From an uncultured bacterium (lineage in GTDB: Bacteria; Chloroflexota; UBA5177; JANWHV01): a DNA stretch of 64,000 bases. The stretch spans positions 576,001-640,000 of the forward strand of contig CAVSOU010000010.1 of assembly GCA_963729625.1 (NCBI GenBank), given 5' to 3'. This document shows positions 39,159 to 49,257 of this stretch, piece after piece (the stretch's first letter is position 1; each line of letters starts with the position of its first letter). The notes under the pieces were generated by a model. It was not told where the DNA came from, ran no database searches, and saw nothing but the letters and a program-made list of their open reading frames with translations. Both the position numbers and the translations under genes were made by a program.

Positions 39159-39350
39159 ATGGTAGAGACGACATCCGGGGAAAGCTTCGAGCACTTGCTG
39201 CGCCGGTTCAAGAAGGAAGTCGCGCAGGACGGTATTCTTCGCGTGTTCCGAGAGAAGAGCCGTTTCCAGACGAAAAGAATGCGCGAGCAAACAAAGCGGA
39301 AGCGCGCCGCGCGGAAGGCTCAGAAGCGACGCACAGGCGCTCCTCAGTAG
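39159..39350 (+). CDS. rpsU: 30S ribosomal protein S21
   Basis: GESFEHLLRRFKKEV...GIL, basic C-terminal helix, 63 aa. Confidence 0.88.
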   Translation: MVETTSGESFEHLLRRFKKEVAQDGILRVFREKSRFQTKRMREQTKRKRAARKAQKRRTGAPQ

Positions 39351-39578
39351 GAACGGCTGGCGAGATGCACGCGTGGTTCCGCTTGCCGTGACCGTCTGGT
39401 CCGGCAGGCTTGTCGCGTTCGATGGGCCTGAATCTGGACCGCCTGAGTTCCGCGGCCATGTGCCACGCTCAACGCTCTTCGCTTATTCCTGCTCCCTGTC
39501 TCGCACGATTTCGGACCGCCGCTCATGCACCTGCTCGAACGCCGCATATCGTCATGACATACCGCTGACCACCGCCGG

Positions 39579-41282
39579 CTACTGTTGGACGGCGACGACC
39601 GTGCCGATAGTCGCCCACTTGAACAGCCACGCCTGAACGGAGCCCGGAACGTTAACGCACCCGTGTGTGCCGCTATAAACTCCGGGCGGACCGGGCGCAG
39701 TATTTGTTCCAGGGCCATACACGGTGCGCCACGGCGCGTCGTGGATGAAATAGCCTCCGGCGTGGAAGTACAGGGCGTACTGGACCTTGGATGGCGGGTA
39801 GTAATACGGACTGCTCTTCGGCCACGTGCTGATGAACTTGTACGGATGGAATTTCGCTTCGACATGCCAGATGCCTGGTGGCGTCGGGAGCAACGCGTTA
39901 CCGGTCGTTACGAGCGTATGCCTGAGCAACGTGGCGCCATCGTAGACGTCCATGCTCTGCGTTGCCAGGTGCACGATGATGTGGCGATAGTTTACACCGA
40001 GCTCTGAGAAGAATCCATCTCCGACGTTGCCGAAATTGTCGGTCGTCTTCACCAGCATGGTGTACAGCCCTGCCTGGACCATTGCACCGCGGTAATCCCT
40101 GCCGTCCCATACAACGTTGAACCGTTGCCCAGCCTGTGCGGAGCCAAGGTCCAGGATTCTGACCGTTCCGTTCGTCTTCTGGCGGCGAATCTCCACTTGC
40201 ACCGTGACGTCCTTAGTCGGTGTGAAGTGCATCGTCAGCTTGTCATATTGCGGATTGAACTGATAGCGATCGAAGAAGGCGTGCTGAACCTTGGGCGCAG
40301 TGGCGTCGACGTGCACCCCGTAGGTTGCAATCGGTCCCAGATTCCCAGCCCAGTCTTGGGCGCGCACGTGGAAATAGAGCGTTCCATTGGACAGCGGCCC
40401 CAGGTCCGCACTTCGAGCCACGCTCGGTGTCCCTGAGGGCACGCCATCCGGATTGCGATCGATGCTCGACAAATATCCCTGCAGGGCGCCGTTGTCCGTT
40501 GCCGCAGTCCAGCTGAAATGCGCCAGTACGGCGGAGTACGTGCGCGTTTGGTCCGGATAGGTGGTCGAGCTGATCACGACAGTACTGGGCGGCGTGCGGT
40601 CGAGCCTGAAGGCAGGGCCGTCATAGAAGTCGCTCCACGGACCGCGCCACTTGTCGAGTGCTAATCGGGCGCGCCAGTGGTACGCCCCTTCCGGCAGCTG
40701 ACTGACTGAGACGGTGATCGCCGTGGTTTGCCCGGGCAACAGCGGCATTCCCTGGCCGGACGGTAGCCCGTTGTACGGCGAATTCAAAGGCTCGAGCTCG
40801 ACCTGCGGCAGTGCTCCAGCGGTGCCGCCCGCGGGAGCTTCCACAGTAAGCACAACGGCGCTCGCGTTCGTCCAGTAGCGTGGCGCCAGTTTGCCACCTC
40901 CAGCTTCACGTTCGGAAAGGCCTACGGGAGCGAGCAGCATGGGCGTGGGCACCGGCGTGGCGGTGGGGATTCGCGTCGATGTTGGTTTCGTGGTGGCAGT
41001 CGCGCTCGCTCGAGGAGTATCGCTCGGAACTCGACTGGCACCACCACCCGGCGCATGGGTTGCGCCACCACCAACCGTGGACTGTGGAGGCATCGATCCG
41101 GTGGCCGCGGTAGAGCGCGCGGCAAGTGTCGCCGCCACTGCCGCCGCAACCTGCGTGGTCATGGCACTGGACGTCTGGCCGCCGGTGCTGGTGTCCTGCG
41201 ACGATCCCGGCAGCGCCGCGCAACCGGACAGGAGCAGCGGTACAAGGCAGGCGACCACTGTCAGCCACGCTCTGCCCACCAT
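39579..41282 (-). CDS. L,D-transpeptidase (YkuD) lipoprotein with Ig/FlgD-like domains
   Basis: Lipobox LLLSGC, Pro/Thr linker, WDGRD..G..V.AG.Y FlgD-Ig motif, TPPG, IHDAPW...THGCVN. Start at ATG 41282, after GGAGG. Confidence 0.88.
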   Translation of the reverse strand: MVGRAWLTVVACLVPLLLSGCAALPGSSQDTSTGGQTSSAMTTQVAAAVAATLAARSTAATGSMPPQSTVGGGATHAPGGGASRVPSDTPRASATATTKPTSTRIPTATPVPTPMLLAPVGLSEREAGGGKLAPRYWTNASAVVLTVEAPAGGTAGALPQVELEPLNSPYNGLPSGQGMPLLPGQTTAITVSVSQLPEGAYHWRARLALDKWRGPWSDFYDGPAFRLDRTPPSTVVISSTTYPDQTRTYSAVLAHFSWTAATDNGALQGYLSSIDRNPDGVPSGTPSVARSADLGPLSNGTLYFHVRAQDWAGNLGPIATYGVHVDATAPKVQHAFFDRYQFNPQYDKLTMHFTPTKDVTVQVEIRRQKTNGTVRILDLGSAQAGQRFNVVWDGRDYRGAMVQAGLYTMLVKTTDNFGNVGDGFFSELGVNYRHIIVHLATQSMDVYDGATLLRHTLVTTGNALLPTPPGIWHVEAKFHPYKFISTWPKSSPYYYPPSKVQYALYFHAGGYFIHDAPWRTVYGPGTNTAPGPPGVYSGTHGCVNVPGSVQAWLFKWATIGTVVAVQQ

Positions 41283-41545
41283 ACTCGGCAAACCTCCCGG
41301 CACCAGCGATTGAGACTCGGCCATGCACTCGTAAGGCGGTGCAAATGAGCTCCACGCGGTAGTATGGTGCCGCGGCATCAGCCACCGATCAAGGGTAAAG
41401 CGTGCACAACCGACCGGCAGCACGACTCAGAGCCCTGCGTCCTCACGCGAGTGGCGAAGACGATATAGTCGCCCGCGACGTGGTTGAGGCCTGCTCCGGC
41501 CGACAGGATCCTTACGGAACGGTGACAGTTGGGAGGGCGTGCCGG

Positions 41546-42316
41546 CTAATGCCTGAGGAAGAAGTAGGCTGTCATGGCACAGCCCACCGCGATCACGAAT
41601 CCCCGTACCAAACGCGGGTCGAGCCGCCGCGCGGTCGATGCACCTACGTAACCGCCAATTACGGCGCCTGCAAGCATCAGCACTGCCTGTCGCCACTCGA
41701 CGGCCGACGCCACGATAAATGCGACCACCGCGATGCCGTTGATGCAGCTGGCCAGCAACGTCTTGAGCGCGTTCATCTCGTGGATGTTGTCGAGGCCGAG
41801 CAGACTGAGGGCCGCAAGCATCAGTATGCCAATGCCACCACCAAAGAATCCACCGTACGTGGCGATGCACAGCTGCGTCACGACGAGCGCCACAGGTACA
41901 CGCCCTGTCGCTCCGCCGCCGTGCTTCGTCGACGCAAACACGTTCCCAAGTCCGCGCTTAACCTGAGCATTGAAGGCGAAGAGCAACGTCGCCACAAGCA
42001 GCAGATAGGGGATCAGCGCTGAAAAGGTCGCCGATGGCGTGCGCAAGAGTATCACTGCGCCGAGCAGGCCGCCCACGATGCTTATCGCACTGAGCTCCCT
42101 GACGTGCGGAACAGCGCCAAGCTCGCGTCTATACGCCGCAACACTGGCCAAGGATCCAGGCCACAGAGCCACGGTGCTGGTCGCGTTTGCCTTGATCGGA
42201 CCGACGCCGGAAACCACGAGAGCGGGAAAGGTGAAGAAACTGCCTCCACCGGCAACGGAATTGAGCCCTCCGCCAACCACGGCGGCCGCAAAGAGAGCAA
42301 GGTCCTCAAGAATCAT
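41546..42316 (-). CDS. TauE/SafE (TSUP) family membrane transporter
   Basis: NSVAGGGSFFTFPAL, ANATST, YGGFFGGGIG, NALK. Confidence 0.9.
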   Translation of the reverse strand: MILEDLALFAAAVVGGGLNSVAGGGSFFTFPALVVSGVGPIKANATSTVALWPGSLASVAAYRRELGAVPHVRELSAISIVGGLLGAVILLRTPSATFSALIPYLLLVATLLFAFNAQVKRGLGNVFASTKHGGGATGRVPVALVVTQLCIATYGGFFGGGIGILMLAALSLLGLDNIHEMNALKTLLASCINGIAVVAFIVASAVEWRQAVLMLAGAVIGGYVGASTARRLDPRLVRGFVIAVGCAMTAYFFLRH

Positions 42317-42348
42317 GCTCTCTAGAGTACCAGAGAGTTGAAGCCGCT

Positions 42349-42510
42349 TCAGTCCTTCGGCGGCTTGGGATGTGGCCGGCGGCGCCGGCGGCGGCGCTCA
42401 GTCGGGTCCAGGGTTTCCAGCACGGCTACGCACTTCAGCAAGGCGGGGAGCGCATGCCGCTGCACACCCGGAATTGCGCCAATCCGGCGGACTATGGTCA
42501 CGATGTTCAT
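42349..42510 (-). CDS. Small basic hypothetical protein (53 aa)
   Basis: ATG preceded by GGAGGAAGG; ends 32 nt before the TauE start; poly-Arg tail. Confidence 0.45.
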   Translation of the reverse strand: MNIVTIVRRIGAIPGVQRHALPALLKCVAVLETLDPTERRRRRRRPHPKPPKD

Positions 42511-42669
42511 TGCCTTCCTCCACGGGGTCGAACTAGCCCCTGTACCCAGCGTAGACCGCGCACGTGACAATACGATGACACAGCAATCTCATCCATGGCC
42601 CCTCACAATGGCACTTTGCCTGCTCGAGCCCGCTACTCGGTCGGTTGTCACGCTCATCGCCGTCCAGAT

Positions 42670-42776
42670 GCGGCCTGAAGGCCGCGGCTGGGCGGCCGGG
42701 TGAGCACGCGACCCGCTGCGGCAGGTGCCCCGAGCGGGCACCCGGGCCTGAAGGCCGGAGTCTCACACGAAGCGGC
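42670..42776. repeat. Composite REP-like element, copy 1
   Basis: GCGGCCTGAAGGCCGCGGCT...ACCCGCTGCGGC...CCGGGCCTGAAGGCCGGAGTCTC; similar to 48630-48697 and 51412-51437. Confidence 0.65.
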
Positions 42777-42827
42777 AATGGCCATGAGCAACGCACTTGA
42801 CCCGCGAGTCGCTGATGGCGAGATCCT

Positions 42828-44396
42828 TCAGCCTCGAGCGCGGGTGATGGCGTACTCCAGGCTGTCGCTCAAAGCGATCCAGCTCGCCTCGATGATGTTC
42901 TGCGAACTGCCCACTGTGCTCCAGGTATCCTGTTCGTCGCCCGTTTCGATGAGCACACGGACAACCGCGGCGGTACCGTCGTGGCCGTCCAGCACGCGTA
43001 CCTTGTAATCCAGGAGCCGGGTCTCCTCGAGATGCGGGTAATGAACCCGCAGCGCCTTGCGCGCGGCCAGGTCCAGCGCGTTCACCGGACCGTTTCCGTC
43101 GGCCGCGGTATGCTCGATTGTGCCGCCGACGTCGAGCTTGAGCATTGCCTGCGCCACCATCTCATGCGTCGGCAGGCGTTGGATTACAGTGGTGAAATCG
43201 ACCAGGCGAAACGGCGCTTCATAGTCGGGCTCAGTGCGTTGCACGAGCAAATGTACTGAGGCCTCGGCGCTCTCGAAGGCAAACCCTTCGTTCTCCAGTG
43301 CCTTGACCTGCTCGACCACTGCACTGAGGCGCAGTCCATCCAGCGTGGCGCTTCCCACACGCTCGACAAGCTCCAGCACGTTGCCTCGCCCGGAAAGCTC
43401 CGAGATAAGCGTTCGCTGCGTGTTGCCGACTCGTTCTGGCTCTATGTGCTGATACGCAATGGGAGAACGCCGCATGGCGCTGACATGCACTCCACCCTTG
43501 TGCGCGAACGCACTGTGCCCGACATATGGCTGCCCCGTCTCCAATGCCTTATTGGCGACCTCGCCGACATACCGGGCCGCTTCTGTAAGGTGCTTGAGAT
43601 TGCCGTCCGGTAGGCACCGAATGCCGTATTTGAGCTCAAGATTTGGGATGATCGAACAGAGATTTGCATTTCCGCAGCGCTCGCCATACCCGTTGAAAGT
43701 GCCCTGCACGTGCGAGGCGCCCTCGTGAACGGCCACGAGCGTATTAGCGACCGCGAGCTCGCTGTCGTTGTGCGTGTGAATGCCGATCCGCGCTTCGGGG
43801 AACGCTTCGCGAACGGTACGCACAACTGCGCCAAGCAGTTCGGGCAGCGAGCCTCCGTTTGTGTCGCACAGTACCAGCGATGCCGCGCCGGCGCCCGCTG
43901 CTGCTCTCAGCGTCGCCAGCGCGTACGCCGGATCGGCCCTGTATCCATCGAAGAAGTGCTCGGCGTCGTAGATCACGCGCAGACCCTGTGCGCGCAGAAA
44001 ACCGACCGAATCCGCGACCATCTCGAGGTTCTCCTCGAGCGTGGTCTGCAATACCTCCGTGACGTGGTGCGTCCAGGTCTTACCGAAGATCGTGACGCCC
44101 GACGTGCCGCATGCGACAAGCGCCCGCAAGTTGGCGTCGGTCTCCGCCGAGACGTTCGGTCTGCGCGTACTGCCAAACGCGTAGATCCGCGCGTGCTTCC
44201 ACGTCCGTGACGCAGCGGCCTCGAAGAACGCCACGTCCTTTGGATTTGACCCGGGCCAGCCACCTTCGATATAGTCCACGCCGAGCAGGTCGAGCCGCTC
44301 GGCTATGTGCATCTTGTCGCCGAGGCTGAGGCTTATACCCTCCCCCTGGCTGCCATCGCGTAGTGTCGTGTCGTAAACTTCCAGTAGCTCGCTCAT
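42828..44396 (-). CDS. cimA: Citramalate synthase
   Basis: YDTTLRDGSQGEG, IEGGWPGSNPKD, YDAEHFFDGY, AFAHKGGVH, DYKVRVL, W.TVG.S.NIIEASW. Confidence 0.92.
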   Translation of the reverse strand: MSELLEVYDTTLRDGSQGEGISLSLGDKMHIAERLDLLGVDYIEGGWPGSNPKDVAFFEAAASRTWKHARIYAFGSTRRPNVSAETDANLRALVACGTSGVTIFGKTWTHHVTEVLQTTLEENLEMVADSVGFLRAQGLRVIYDAEHFFDGYRADPAYALATLRAAAGAGAASLVLCDTNGGSLPELLGAVVRTVREAFPEARIGIHTHNDSELAVANTLVAVHEGASHVQGTFNGYGERCGNANLCSIIPNLELKYGIRCLPDGNLKHLTEAARYVGEVANKALETGQPYVGHSAFAHKGGVHVSAMRRSPIAYQHIEPERVGNTQRTLISELSGRGNVLELVERVGSATLDGLRLSAVVEQVKALENEGFAFESAEASVHLLVQRTEPDYEAPFRLVDFTTVIQRLPTHEMVAQAMLKLDVGGTIEHTAADGNGPVNALDLAARKALRVHYPHLEETRLLDYKVRVLDGHDGTAAVVRVLIETGDEQDTWSTVGSSQNIIEASWIALSDSLEYAITRARG

Positions 44397-45517
44397 ATTG
44401 CCAATCGCCTTACTACTTCATCGCCCATCTCACCGGTGTGCAGAAACGGTGCCCCGGGCGCGGCGATATCGCGCGTGCGGTGGCCGGCGTCGAGCGTGAG
44501 CTCGACCGCCCGTTCAACCGCACGCGCAGGCTCCTCGAGTCCGAATGAATAGCGAAGCATCATGGCCACAGACAGAATGGTGCCAAGCGGATTGGCAATG
44601 GAGTGACCGGCGATGTCAGGTGCCGAGCCGTGAATCGGCTCATAGAGCCCGCGAGTCCCCTCGCCGAGGCTTGCGGAGGGCAACATACCCAGCGAACCGG
44701 CTAGCACGCTGGCTTCATCGCTCAAGATGTCGCCGAACATGTTCTCCATCACCAAAACGTCGAAGCGACCAGGATCCCGTACGATCTGCATGGCAGTGGA
44801 ATCGACAAGCGCGTGTTCGAGCTTGACATCCGGGTAGTCGCGGCCGACGGCGTTGGCCAGCTCGCGCCAGAGCCCCGAGCTGGCCAGGACGTTGGCCTTG
44901 TCAACTGACGTAACAAGCTTGCGTCTGCCGCGCGCAAGCTTGAACGCCACGTGCAAGATACGCAGTATTTCCGGGCTGGTATAGACGAGGCTGTCGATCA
45001 CACGTGTATGGCGCGTGCCAATCTTGCGGCCGCGCGGCTTGCCGAAATACAGGCCACCTGTGAGCTCGCGGACCACCAGCATGTCCGTGCCTTCGACAAC
45101 CTCGCGTTTTACCGGAGACACATCGAGAAGGGCCGGCCAGGCTCGAACGGGCCGCAAGTTGGCGAAGACGCCAAGGTGCTTGCGCAGGCCAAGCAACCCT
45201 TGTTCCGGCCGCACAATGGCTCGCGGGTCGTCCCATTTCGGCCCGCCCACGGCGCCGAGTAACACCGCATCCCCCGTGAGAGCCAGCCTCAAGGTCTCTT
45301 CTGGAAGCGGCGTGCCCATCTCGTCGATAGCGCAGCCTCCGAAGAGCGCTTGCCGTGCCTCGAAGGCGATAACCCCGCTGCCTTGTAGCGCCTGCAGCAC
45401 CTTGAGGGCCTCGGCGACAACTTCCGGCCCAACCCCGTCTCCGGGGAGCACCGTGATCGTAACGTGCGTCTTAGCGGTGTGTTGCGACTTCGTATCAGTG
45501 CCTATCTCGACCGTCAC
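44393..45517 (-). CDS. leuB: 3-isopropylmalate dehydrogenase
   Basis: LPGDGVGPEV, GAVGGPKW, RELTGGLYFG, NMFGDILSDEAS, YEPIHGSAPDIAG. Confidence 0.96.
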   Translation of the reverse strand: MTVEIGTDTKSQHTAKTHVTITVLPGDGVGPEVVAEALKVLQALQGSGVIAFEARQALFGGCAIDEMGTPLPEETLRLALTGDAVLLGAVGGPKWDDPRAIVRPEQGLLGLRKHLGVFANLRPVRAWPALLDVSPVKREVVEGTDMLVVRELTGGLYFGKPRGRKIGTRHTRVIDSLVYTSPEILRILHVAFKLARGRRKLVTSVDKANVLASSGLWRELANAVGRDYPDVKLEHALVDSTAMQIVRDPGRFDVLVMENMFGDILSDEASVLAGSLGMLPSASLGEGTRGLYEPIHGSAPDIAGHSIANPLGTILSVAMMLRYSFGLEEPARAVERAVELTLDAGHRTRDIAAPGAPFLHTGEMGDEVVRRLAI

Positions 45518-45536
45518 ATCAACTCCTCACGTACCA

Positions 45537-47117
45537 TTACCGCTGGAACAGAGGAGTGCGCCAGTCATCCTCCACGGCACCTTGTCCTTCGGGCGTCTGC
45601 GTCAGCTTGTTCAGGGCGTTCACGTAGGCCTTGGCAGCCGCGACGATGATGTCCAGATTAACCCCGTGGCCGCTGAACACGCGCCGCGGCGAGTCCGCAC
45701 CGGCACCGTCCCTCGTCACCCGAACGCTGACTTCACCGACTGCGTCGATGCCCTCGGTGATTGCTTGCACCACAAACTCCTGCAGGGTGTGGCCGTTGCC
45801 GACAATCTGATCGATTGCCTTATACACGGCGTCGACAGGTCCGGTACCGATCGCCGATGCCTCATGCAGCTCGCCGTCCGCGCTCTCGATGCGCACTGCT
45901 GCTGTCGGAATGCCGGGCTCGCCGCAGACAACCTGGATGGACTTCAGTCGATATTTCTCTCCGGCCGGCTCGACCATGTCTATGACCAGTGCCTCCAGGT
46001 CCGCGTCGCCGATATGCTTCTTCTTGTCTGCCAGGTCCTTGAATCGGAGAAACACGCGGCCCACGTCCTCCGCCGACAAATCGTATCCGAGAGCGGCAAG
46101 CCTGGCCTTCAGGGCATGGCGACCGGAGTGCTTGCCAAGCACCAGGCTGCTCTCCAGCAGTCCGATGGACGTTGCGTCCATGATCTCATACGTGCGGCGC
46201 TCCTTAAGTATGCCATCCTGGTGTATGCCGGACTCGTGGGCGAAGGCGTTGGAGCCGACAATTGCCTTGTTCGCCTGCACCACCATGCCGGTTCGGGCAC
46301 TGACGAGGCGGCTCGTCTTGTGCAACTGAGTCGTGTCGATGTTCGTGTCCAGCCCATAGCTATCCTTGCGGGTGCGAAGAGCCATGACGATTTCTTCCAG
46401 CGCCGCGTTGCCCGCGCGTTCGCCGATACCGTTGACCGTGCATTCGACTTGGCGCGCTCCGTGGACGACGCCTGCAAGCGAGTTAGCCACCGCGACGCCG
46501 AGATCGTCGTGGCAGTGCGTGCTGATGATGCACTTCTCGACGCCAGGAACGTTCTGGACGATGTCGCGAATCATGGCGCCGTATTCGTCGGGAGTTGAGT
46601 AGCCGACCGTATCAGGGATATTCAGCGTGGTGGCGCCGGCCTCAATGGCCGCCTGCAGGACCTCGCGGAGATAGGCGGGCTCCGTACGAGTAGCATCCAT
46701 GGGGGAAAACTCAATGTCGTCGGTGTAGCCCTTCGCGCGCGCCACCATGTCACGCGTGATCGCGAGCGCGTCGGCGCGGGTCTTCTTGTATTGATGCTGA
46801 AGATGCACGTCGGACGTGGACATGAAAACGTGGATGCGAGGATGCCGGGCGCCCTTGATCGCATTCCACGCGGCATCGACATCCTCCGGCTTCGCGCGTG
46901 CCAGGGCACAGATGATCGGCTCCCTCACCTGCTCGGCAATTGCCTTCACCGCGTCCGACTCATCGGGAGAGCTTATCGGAAACCCTGCCTCGATGATGTC
47001 CACGCCCAGGCGCGCGAGCTGGCGGGCAATCTCAAGCTTCTGCGCGGCATTGAGCGTAGCTCCCGGCGCCTGCTCGCCGTCGCGCAAGGTTGTGTCGAAG
47101 ATCACTACTCGATTCAT
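45537..47117 (-). CDS. leuA: 2-isopropylmalate synthase
   Basis: FDTTLRDGEQ, HCHDDLG, GIGERAGNAALEE, HESGIHQDG, C-terminal regulatory domain. Confidence 0.96.
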   Translation of the reverse strand: MNRVVIFDTTLRDGEQAPGATLNAAQKLEIARQLARLGVDIIEAGFPISSPDESDAVKAIAEQVREPIICALARAKPEDVDAAWNAIKGARHPRIHVFMSTSDVHLQHQYKKTRADALAITRDMVARAKGYTDDIEFSPMDATRTEPAYLREVLQAAIEAGATTLNIPDTVGYSTPDEYGAMIRDIVQNVPGVEKCIISTHCHDDLGVAVANSLAGVVHGARQVECTVNGIGERAGNAALEEIVMALRTRKDSYGLDTNIDTTQLHKTSRLVSARTGMVVQANKAIVGSNAFAHESGIHQDGILKERRTYEIMDATSIGLLESSLVLGKHSGRHALKARLAALGYDLSAEDVGRVFLRFKDLADKKKHIGDADLEALVIDMVEPAGEKYRLKSIQVVCGEPGIPTAAVRIESADGELHEASAIGTGPVDAVYKAIDQIVGNGHTLQEFVVQAITEGIDAVGEVSVRVTRDGAGADSPRRVFSGHGVNLDIIVAAAKAYVNALNKLTQTPEGQGAVEDDWRTPLFQR

Positions 47118-47154
47118 GGTTTCCTCCCTCGGAAAGGGCCTTACTCGACGTATC

Positions 47155-48150
<996 letters not shown>

Positions 48151-48220
48151 TCATCCCCTCCGCATGTATTAATGGACTCACGACATGTGGCCGGACCCTC
48201 GTTCCTGTCACCTGTCATCT

Positions 48221-48461
48221 GACCGAAGACCGCGGCGCCCGACCGGAGACCCTGGCCCCCGACCCGAGACCCGGCGCCCGACCGGAGACCCTGGCCCCCG
48301 ACCCGAGACCCCGGCGCCCGACCTGAGGCCCTGGCCCGCGACCCGAGACCCCGGCGCCCGACCCGAGACCCCGGTCGCTTGACCCGGGACCGCGGCGCCC
48401 GACCTGAGACCCCGGTCGCTTGACCCGGGACCGCGGCGCCCGACCCGAGACCCTGGCGTTT
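48221..48461. repeat. Tandem array of 12 degenerate 19-21-bp units
   Basis: Consensus GACCCGAGACCCCGGCGCCC, head to tail with no unique spacers, in the ilvN-ilvC gap. Confidence 0.92.
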
Positions 48462-48486
48462 ACGCCGGGGAGCCTCACCCGATCTG

Positions 48487-48697
48487 CTAGCGGTGGCCTT
48501 CAGGCCGCCTTCGATTTCCCCCTGCCCTCCCTGACCGCGGCGCGCGCCGCGGCAGCGCTACCCCGCCACGTAACCCGACAACGTATGCCATCGACACATC
48601 ACGCTACCGGCTGCCACTGGGCTCGAAATGCGGTCTGAAGACCGCGGCTAGGCGATTTGTGAGGCTCTCCGGGCTGAAGCCCGGAGTTTCCAAGCGG
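48487..48697. repeat. Inverted REP-like pair plus a third hairpin (REPIN/BIME-like)
   Basis: CTAGCGGTGGCCTTCAGGCCGC (48487-508) matches the reverse complement of GCGGTCTGAAGACCGCGGCTAG (48630-651) at 18/22; CTCCGGGC-TGAA-GCCCGGAG at 48667-686. Confidence 0.7.
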
Positions 48698-48747
48698 ACT
48701 GCCGAGTTTCTGTAGAACGCTCTACACGACGATGTCATCACACCGCC

Positions 48748-49257
48748 TCAATTCGGCGTGCCGCGCACCATGGCGATGATGCCCGAGCGCACGGTCTCCT
48801 TGATGCCAAACGAACGCATGACAGCGATCATCGAGTCAATCTTGTCACGCGTGCTCGTGAGCTCCGCCGTGACCGAGTCGACGGCGATGTCTACCACGTT
48901 GGCGCCATACACCTCAAAGAGCTGCAACACCTCGTGACGCTTGTTCCCGGACGTGGAGACCTTCACGAGAGCGAGCTCGCGAGACACGTGCGGTTCGTGC
49001 GTCACCTCGGTCACCTTGGTCACTTCGATAAGCTTGTAGAGCTGCTTGCTCACCTGCTCGACATTCGTGGTGCTGGCATCGACTACCAGCGTCATGCGCG
49101 AAATGCCTGGCGTCTCGGTATGAGAGACAGTGAGGCTCTCGATATTGAATCCCCGTTGTCGAAGCAAGCTGGACACGCGGTTGAGCACGCCTGGGTGGTC
49201 CTGCATGAGGACCACCAGCGTGTGAGCGGTGACTGGCCGCGACGAATATTCAATCAT
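48748..49257 (-). CDS. ilvN: Acetolactate synthase small (regulatory) subunit
   Basis: HPGVLNRVSSL.RQRGFNIESLTV, KQLYKLIEV, RELALVKV. Confidence 0.95.
   Translation of the reverse strand: MIEYSSRPVTAHTLVVLMQDHPGVLNRVSSLLRQRGFNIESLTVSHTETPGISRMTLVVDASTTNVEQVSKQLYKLIEVTKVTEVTHEPHVSRELALVKVSTSGNKRHEVLQLFEVYGANVVDIAVDSVTAELTSTRDKIDSMIAVMRSFGIKETVRSGIIAMVRGTPN

Noticed and set aside
42515-42545. tRNA fragment (GTTCGA in a GGGG/CCCC hairpin, minus strand)
   Set aside because: Loop geometry does not fit a T-arm, and there is no cloverleaf or CCA end.
48221-48461. CRISPR array
   Set aside because: Units abut with no unique spacers, are degenerate, and no cas genes are present; this is a tandem repeat.
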